DNA of 63,913 bases, counting the filler, from an uncultured bacterium (GTDB lineage: Bacteria; Latescibacterota; UBA2968): NCBI GenBank assembly GCA_964471275.1. It is 6 parts of 6 records of this genome, joined end to end, with 100 filler letters (N's around TTAATTAATTAA, not from the genome) between each part and the next. Parts side by side here need not be neighbours in the genome. Positions count along the whole stretch, not along the records: positions 56,211 to 63,913 come from CAYYGZ010000224.1; 5 more parts are not named here. One strand, given 5' to 3'. Positions 57,958-63,913 of the stretch are shown in pieces (the first letter of the stretch is position 1; every line of letters starts with the position of its first letter). The notes under the pieces are model-generated. The model had not been told where the DNA came from, ran no database searches, and saw nothing but the letters and a program-made list of their open reading frames with translations. The translations under genes were made by a program, and so were the position numbers.

Positions 57958-59174
57958 GAAACCTGTTTATCTGCTTCCTGCTCGCAACACTGGCAGGTCT
58001 GGTTCAGCGAGGCCCCGACCCTGTCATCGAACCGGCCACCTACCTGGGGATCCTCGTTGTCTTCCCTATTCTGGGTGCACGGTTGTTTCGCAACCTGAGA
58101 CTTCCACCGGCAGTAGGAGCGATTGCAGGGGGGGCGTTTCTCAACCAGCTGGGTCTACTCGACACGGGTCTTCTGGTGAGCGTCGCATCCTTCAAACAGG
58201 TTGGCTTTATCTGGCTCGGCCTCTTTCTTGGGGTTCGAGTCTCCGGAAGACCCACGTGGACGGCCCCAAACGCGATCTCGGCCGTGGCAATCGTCGTTGC
58301 CTGCGTCCTGCTCGTCTGTGCTGCCGTGAGCGTCTATCCACTCACACTTCTGGAAAAGCTGCAGATCGGGTTGGCGGCAGCCGTGTGCGCGCCCGTCTAT
58401 ACCGCTCTGGAGCGCGATCACCACCGTGACGAGGTAGGTCTCGCGGGTCTGGCAACAGCGATTGCGATTGTCCTGCTCTGCGCGACGAACGGCCTGCATC
58501 TGCTGGCTAACTCGACATTCCTGGCGAAGGGATCACTCGTGGCGGTGGTGGTCATCATCGGCGCCGAAATCGCGTTCCGAGCAGTGAAGTCAGCTGTTTC
58601 GGGTCCCGGGAGATACCTGGTGTACATCCTGCTGACGGGAGCACTGTGGCGAGGGTCTCTACTTCTGGGAATCCATCCGGGATTGGCCGGGTCTGCATTC
58701 GGCATCCTGCTCGGGCTGCGAGCCCAACGGTGGCAAGACACGACAGCTCCGTTGGCTGAGGCCTCGTCCTTTGCTGGATCGTTCGTTCTGGGGTTCGTAT
58801 CCGCCGAACTCAACTGGGCCGGTCTGCTCCATTCTCCTGCGGAGGCATGGGCACTGGGCGCGCTCATCACGGTCGCCATGCTCGCCGGGAAGGGGGGTGC
58901 TGGCCTTGTGGCCGGGAGGCTGACTCGCTTCAACCATCACCAGTGGATGACGGTCTATCCCCTGGGACTGTCTGCCATCGTCATTCTGCCCACCGTACTG
59001 CCTGAACGCCTGTTCCTCGGTTTGGTGGCGCAACCCGAAGAGGCGCTCCTACCGGTAATCCTGATCTGTGCGGTGGGCATCCCTTTGCTGACTTGCCTGA
59101 TCAGCCGCTTGAGCGATTACATCGCATCCCGCAGGAACGCCGCCGCGTCCTCGGGCGGCATGGAATTGACATAG
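57954..59174 (+). CDS. Second multi-pass membrane protein, divergent cation:proton antiporter-like
   Basis: LRLPPAVGAIAGG (cf. CPA LP.I.GY..G) and AMLAGK motifs; GTGA coupling to the previous gene. Confidence 0.65.
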   Translation: MRNLFICFLLATLAGLVQRGPDPVIEPATYLGILVVFPILGARLFRNLRLPPAVGAIAGGAFLNQLGLLDTGLLVSVASFKQVGFIWLGLFLGVRVSGRPTWTAPNAISAVAIVVACVLLVCAAVSVYPLTLLEKLQIGLAAAVCAPVYTALERDHHRDEVGLAGLATAIAIVLLCATNGLHLLANSTFLAKGSLVAVVVIIGAEIAFRAVKSAVSGPGRYLVYILLTGALWRGSLLLGIHPGLAGSAFGILLGLRAQRWQDTTAPLAEASSFAGSFVLGFVSAELNWAGLLHSPAEAWALGALITVAMLAGKGGAGLVAGRLTRFNHHQWMTVYPLGLSAIVILPTVLPERLFLGLVAQPEEALLPVILICAVGIPLLTCLISRLSDYIASRRNAAASSGGMELT

Positions 59175-60139
59175 AATCCCGTTCCCCACTCAAGCCCGGC
59201 AACCCGGGTCAGCCGCGGGATTATCTCCAGATGCCAATGAAAATCATTCTCCAGAGTGTCCCAGTGTCCGATAGGGCACGGCTCAGCGTCGACATTGGGG
59301 GAGGTGTGCAGAGCGAAGTTGTATGGCGGGTCTCTGAGGACGGTCTTCAACCCACCCAACACCCTATGCACGATCTCGCTGAACCCACTCAGCAGCGTCT
59401 CGGGAGCCACGGAAAAATCGTGGGCGTGAGCCTTCGGTGAGATTGAGATTTCGAAGGGGAAACGGGATGCGTAAGGTGTGAAGGCAACACAGTGATCGTT
59501 CTGAACGACGACACGATCTGAAGACAATTCGGCTTCCAGCTGACCACAGAACAGACAGCGACCTGTCTCTTTGTAGTGACTGCGGGATGCGACGAGCTCT
59601 GATCGGAGCGTGATCGGTGTAACGGGCAGGCCAATGATCTGTGTGTGACTGTGAGAGATGGTCGAGCCCGCCTCGACGCCGTTGTTCTTGAACACCAGCA
59701 GGTAACGAAGCCTTCTGTCCCCCATCAAATCCCGCAGTCGTGCCTGGCAAGCCCCAAACACCAGACCGATATGGTCTGATGACAGATCCGCGAGGTCTTT
59801 GAGCGAATCGGGAGACTCGATCACCACCTCGTGGACGCCGACGCCCTCCATCCATTCGTTCGTGCCATCGGACTGAATCGTCGCATCACCCTCGATGCCA
59901 AGAATCGGGAACTTGTTCGGGACAACCCGGACAGACCAACCCGGCGTGTTGGGCTCACTGTCCTCAGCCCGCTGGGCGAATACTTCGGGAGGTGTCCGCG
60001 CTTCGTTCCCTTCCGAAAAAGGAGAGAATGCGAGCCTGACTTCCTCGCGGGTAACAAAAAAGTCGGACGGCTTCCGCGCTCTGCCCGACGGTATGATCAC
60101 CCAGCGCTGCTGTAACGGATCGAACCTGAGTTGAGACAC
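59117..60139 (-). CDS. galT: Galactose-1-phosphate uridylyltransferase
   Basis: LRFDP..WVII, RVVPNKFP, GVHEVVIESP, FKN.G..AG.TISHSHTQ, HWHLEI and AGLEWG motifs; GTG after GGGGAGG. Confidence 0.92.
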   Translation of the reverse strand: MSQLRFDPLQQRWVIIPSGRARKPSDFFVTREEVRLAFSPFSEGNEARTPPEVFAQRAEDSEPNTPGWSVRVVPNKFPILGIEGDATIQSDGTNEWMEGVGVHEVVIESPDSLKDLADLSSDHIGLVFGACQARLRDLMGDRRLRYLLVFKNNGVEAGSTISHSHTQIIGLPVTPITLRSELVASRSHYKETGRCLFCGQLEAELSSDRVVVQNDHCVAFTPYASRFPFEISISPKAHAHDFSVAPETLLSGFSEIVHRVLGGLKTVLRDPPYNFALHTSPNVDAEPCPIGHWDTLENDFHWHLEIIPRLTRVAGLEWGTGFYVNSMPPEDAAAFLRDAM

Positions 60140-60161
60140 CCTCGCCTCCCCCACTGTTGCC

Positions 60162-61343
60162 CTATTGAATCCATCCCGAGACACTGAGGGTCTGTCTGAA
60201 GAAAGTCTCACGCGCCCCGTGGATCTGTTTGTCTCCCCGCTGGCCGATAGCCAATGACCACCTGAGTGCCCCAGATTGTCGTTGGAACGGGACGCCAATC
60301 CCGATCGTTGCCCCGAACTCGGTGATCTGCTCACCCGAGGCCGTCCCAAAATACAGTGACCGGTGATATACACCCGCGGTCAGGTCAAGCCGTCGCCCAC
60401 CACCCAATGCGTTGTCCGGTTGTGTCTGATACTGGATCCCTGCGGCGAACTCTGCGGCATCGTGTCTGCCTGTGCCGGTCGCTCCCCATGCTTCGAACTG
60501 GACATCAGCCGCAGCAATGAATCGCTGGCTTCTTGCGTATGCCAGACCAAACCCGATTGTTGCCGGGAACTGAATATCCCGATCGATCTCAAGCGCACTG
60601 GATGTGATCGCGTTGGTAGTCAGGCGGTTCTCAAGCAGCACACGCTGCGTCACGGTTGCCTTCGGTTTGGCGACTATCGCCAGGCTCAGGTTTCCTGGTG
60701 TGTAGACCCCACCGAAGGTGAACTGTGCGCCCTTCTGGCTGCGTGTGATGTTGTCCTGCGAGAAGAACGCCTGTGAATCCTGCAACAGATCCTTGGTCCA
60801 CGTTTCATTGATCGTACCGACGACCATCAAATCGATCTGAGCCCCCAGAAAGAGCTTCCTGCCCACTTTCTGCCCGAATCCAAAGACGATGGCGCCCACG
60901 CCACCCGCTCCCTTCAGACCCAGAAGATGCTCCTCACCGCCTGAACCGACCGAATCCACGACAGTGACGTCCACATCTGTCAGGCCTTCCATTCCGATGC
61001 TCAGAGCCCCTCGGAATCTGAATGGAAACACCGTCTTGATCCCGTCGACATCACCGTCCGCAATGGACTCGCTCGTGTGAATATCCTCTACGTTGCGGCG
61101 CTGTAGCGCATACCGGCCGGTCACCCCGGGTCGTCTGAAGGAACCGAGCAGGGCAGGATTAAAGGACGCAAAATTCAGCCCGTCTACCAGGGCCCGACCT
61201 GCACCTCCCATGCCTGCTGAGCGCGAGTCAAGTCGCCGGAGCGGGTAGCCCTGACCGTTGAACGAAAAGACTGACCCCGCCTTGGCCTCGCTGACGAAGG
61301 CAGCTACCAACAAACAGACAAGCAGTCGCATAGGAATGGTCAT
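60162..61343 (-). CDS. Outer-membrane beta-barrel protein (FadL/PorV-like)
   Basis: Signal peptide, SAGMGGAG...FNPALL, amphipathic beta strands, aromatic residue near the C-terminus. Confidence 0.7.
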   Translation of the reverse strand: MTIPMRLLVCLLVAAFVSEAKAGSVFSFNGQGYPLRRLDSRSAGMGGAGRALVDGLNFASFNPALLGSFRRPGVTGRYALQRRNVEDIHTSESIADGDVDGIKTVFPFRFRGALSIGMEGLTDVDVTVVDSVGSGGEEHLLGLKGAGGVGAIVFGFGQKVGRKLFLGAQIDLMVVGTINETWTKDLLQDSQAFFSQDNITRSQKGAQFTFGGVYTPGNLSLAIVAKPKATVTQRVLLENRLTTNAITSSALEIDRDIQFPATIGFGLAYARSQRFIAAADVQFEAWGATGTGRHDAAEFAAGIQYQTQPDNALGGGRRLDLTAGVYHRSLYFGTASGEQITEFGATIGIGVPFQRQSGALRWSLAIGQRGDKQIHGARETFFRQTLSVSGWIQ

Positions 61344-62515
61344 AGTGTCGTCCCGATCGGCGGTGGAAGAGAATAAACGACGCGGATCCGGGGATTTGTG
61401 AAGAGACCCCACTCATACCGCAAATCTGGCGTGATATCGAAGACCGGATTGATGATGAGCCCGCGGTTTTCGGATGAGCCGGACATCCACCCGTGGAACA
61501 GCAGCTGGTCCAGATTCATCACAAAAGGAGAGGATGCGGGGCTTACGATCTGCTCATTCAGTGCATTCCCGCTGGACACCGAGAAAGTAGTGTCTGCCCC
61601 GGAGACGTTCAAACGCTCTACCCGGAGCCTGAGGCTGGCAAGAAACGATCGGTCCGTATCGAAATCCATCGTCAGTTCGACGAGGTTTACGGTCGCGCTC
61701 TCCGGAATAGACGGCAGATCGAACCGGATCACGCCTGCGGAAAAGACACCGGTTTGAAGCAGGATTTCCCCGGGTTCCGGAGGTGAAATTCTGTCCGCAA
61801 AGTAGGTATCGAGGACTATGTCTGCACGCGCCGGTGCGGCATCGACGAATTGCGCGACCAATTGGGGCGTCTTACCCGATTCTGTCGCTTCCCTCGAACC
61901 AACGACGATCAAGTAGTCTTCAGCCCCCGTGACACCCGAAAGCGCAAACTCCAGTGTGGGCAGATTGAGATCTGCGGCGATTGCGTCAGTCAGCAGGTGG
62001 GCGGGAAGTGGAATACGGATGGTTGAGTCAGTTTGGGTCGGTGTTACTTCCAGCAGTGCGGTCCGACTGAGGAGGGTCGTCTCAAAATCGGTGGTGTCCA
62101 CGAACGTTTGTGTTTCGCTCCACACGTCATCAGGCACAGAGACCAGAACCTGACCCAGCGTACCCCGGTTCAGGTTGCCCAGAACCCTCAGCTCGACGAA
62201 TACCGAATCGACTGTCAGGGCAGCTGCGCTGCCGCCCGGAAAGTCTGTGGGCAACAGGGACACCTTGAGCAGGCTGACGTAGTCGATCCCGTTCATGCGC
62301 CCGATCAGCAATTCCTCCGCGCTTCCGAGGACAGACGGGAACACCTCACGAAACCTCGACGCCGTATGGCTCGAGCGGATATCAGCCACCTCGACAACCT
62401 CACCACCCGACCGATCCACGAGATCGATGCCCACAGCCGTGGGACTGGTAGATCCGCATCCAGCTACAAGAAGCACTGCGGCCATCAGGCGCAGGTTGTG
62501 TCTCAGAAAGTGCAT
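61340..62515 (-). CDS. Putative lipoprotein
   Basis: Lipobox LVAGC; beta-rich composition; 4-bp overlap with the barrel gene. Confidence 0.7.
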   Translation of the reverse strand: MHFLRHNLRLMAAVLLVAGCGSTSPTAVGIDLVDRSGGEVVEVADIRSSHTASRFREVFPSVLGSAEELLIGRMNGIDYVSLLKVSLLPTDFPGGSAAALTVDSVFVELRVLGNLNRGTLGQVLVSVPDDVWSETQTFVDTTDFETTLLSRTALLEVTPTQTDSTIRIPLPAHLLTDAIAADLNLPTLEFALSGVTGAEDYLIVVGSREATESGKTPQLVAQFVDAAPARADIVLDTYFADRISPPEPGEILLQTGVFSAGVIRFDLPSIPESATVNLVELTMDFDTDRSFLASLRLRVERLNVSGADTTFSVSSGNALNEQIVSPASSPFVMNLDQLLFHGWMSGSSENRGLIINPVFDITPDLRYEWGLFTNPRIRVVYSLPPPIGTTL

Positions 62516-62619
62516 AGATTCTCTTGTGGTCAACGGGTGAAATAACTTCTCTGTTCGTACCCACCCTTGTTATGAAGTCCGAAGGGGATGTGGGTTCCAT
62601 CCCTGCATTCGGAGCGGGA

Positions 62620-63129
62620 TCAATAGGCTCGGTCGATTACCAGTTCGAGACCCGTATCGCCCCCCGCAATCGGGTTCTGCAGACACGTTCCTTCAAGGTC
62701 ACCGGTCTGCGGCATTGCCATCCCATCCTGGTCAATTCGTGCGATCAGATACATCGCGGGAATCTCTGCGAGGACAATGCCTTCGCCAAACATTTTGCCA
62801 ACGTCGGCCTGCCCCATCGTAAAGGTATACGGGAATGGAGGTAAGGGGACGCGCTTGAGCAGATAGGGCGGTCCCCCATCTGCCCGTTCGCGTGCGATCA
62901 TGTATAAAAACGCGTTCTCTGGGATACGATTGGCAAACTCCGGAGCGAGCCTGATCGTGCCTGAGATGGCGCCGGCTTCAGCCGTCCGAGGAGGTCTGGC
63001 CTGGTTCTCGATATCCGGCAACGGACTGCGCGGTAGAGGTTTAGGGGAAGGATATGATCCGTCTTCGTAATGTTGGCCGCAGTTCAGGCAAAGGACTATC
63101 GCGAATATGCTGCTTAGGGTGCGGCTCAT
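62620..63129 (-). CDS. Putative lipoprotein with CcmI/CycH C-terminal Ig-like domain
   Basis: Signal peptide with Cys; ISGTIRL, LYMIAR..GGPP, FPYTF and ARID.DG...GDLEG motifs. Confidence 0.7.
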   Translation of the reverse strand: MSRTLSSIFAIVLCLNCGQHYEDGSYPSPKPLPRSPLPDIENQARPPRTAEAGAISGTIRLAPEFANRIPENAFLYMIARERADGGPPYLLKRVPLPPFPYTFTMGQADVGKMFGEGIVLAEIPAMYLIARIDQDGMAMPQTGDLEGTCLQNPIAGGDTGLELVIDRAY

Positions 63130-63893
63130 ATGTAGCCCAACTCGTCCTCTGTCATGGTTAAGACATCAGGGTCGCCGTCGGTAATGCCAACGACGTGCTC
63201 AAAGTGAGCGGAGGCCTTCCCGTCTGCAGCTGAAGCCGTCCAGCCATCGGACCCGACGACGACCTCAGCCGTCCCCAGGTTCACCATCGGCTCGATGGCC
63301 AGAACCATTCCCTTGCGTAGCCTCGGATTCCGCTCCAAGGGAACATAGTTCGGCACAGGCGGATCCTCGTGTAGTTTTCTTCCGATACCGTGCCCAACAA
63401 ACTGCCGTACAACAGAAAATCCGTGCTCTTCGACCCATTCCTGAACCGCACCACTGATGTCGGAAAGCCGATTCCCAGCTTTGGCTCCCTCGATACCTTT
63501 GCGCAGGGATTCCCGTGTCACTTCCATTAATCGGGCGATCTCCTCACCCGGCTGGCCAACGGCGACGGTTACGGCCTGGTCACCATAGTATCCGCCGAGC
63601 TTGGCACCAAGATCGATGCTGACTATATCACCCGTTATCAGCGCTCTGTCACTCGGGATGCCGTGAACCACGACCTCGTTTACCGAGATGCACGCCGTCG
63701 CTGGATATCCGTGATATCCCTTGAATGCTGGCACGGCTCCGGTCGATAGCACGACCTCCTCTGCGACCTCGTCGAGTTCCCGTGTCGTCACTCCCGGGTT
63801 CACCATATCCCTGAGTACCTGATGCGCCTTACCCACGACAGCGCAGCTCTTCCGGATCAACTCGAATTCTTTCTGCGTCCTTAGTGCAATCAC
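63126..63893 (-). CDS. map: Methionine aminopeptidase type I
   Basis: CISVNEVVVHGIP, GDIVSID, YGD, GHGIG..LHE, AIEPM and SAHFEH motifs. Confidence 0.97.
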   Translation of the reverse strand: MIALRTQKEFELIRKSCAVVGKAHQVLRDMVNPGVTTRELDEVAEEVVLSTGAVPAFKGYHGYPATACISVNEVVVHGIPSDRALITGDIVSIDLGAKLGGYYGDQAVTVAVGQPGEEIARLMEVTRESLRKGIEGAKAGNRLSDISGAVQEWVEEHGFSVVRQFVGHGIGRKLHEDPPVPNYVPLERNPRLRKGMVLAIEPMVNLGTAEVVVGSDGWTASAADGKASAHFEHVVGITDGDPDVLTMTEDELGYI

Positions 63894-63913
63894 CTCGGCG
63901 TCCTTTAACTACC

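Overview
The window is not one continuous locus. It is six unrelated bacterial contig pieces (about 1-11793, 11894-22959, 23060-34070, 34171-45117, 45218-56110, 56211-63913) joined by 100-nt N/TTAATTAATTAA/N linkers, with two further 10-N scaffold gaps, so gene neighbourhood is only meaningful within a piece. The content looks like a moderately GC-rich diderm heterotroph rich in carbohydrate and sugar-acid catabolism: sulfatases, GH4 alpha-galactosidase, an Asp-box protein, IlvD/Edd XylD-like dehydratase, enolase-superfamily enzyme, two-subunit aconitase X, a GalB-like PIG-L enzyme, aldolase and many dehydrogenases. A Latescibacterota/Poribacteria-like MAG is an inference only. Recognisable housekeeping genes are tilS, galT and map. 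I found no rRNA, tRNA, CRISPR array or intact mobile element. The best candidates for undescribed systems are: (i) a cytidylyltransferase/CDP-alcohol phosphotransferase fusion clustered with TolC, a flippase-like protein and a TPR-PPIase; (ii) a split aconitase X plus dehydrogenase locus; (iii) a GalB-like/Ldh_2/TIM-barrel/sulfatase catabolic cluster; (iv) an APC permease-PTS EIIA-RCK_C fusion coupled to an AGE-family epimerase. Many genes are disrupted by stops, frameshifts or deletions, one gene appears chimeric, and intergenic DNA carries several families of REP-like and short tandem repeats. All family assignments are from motif recognition by eye; no database searches were run.
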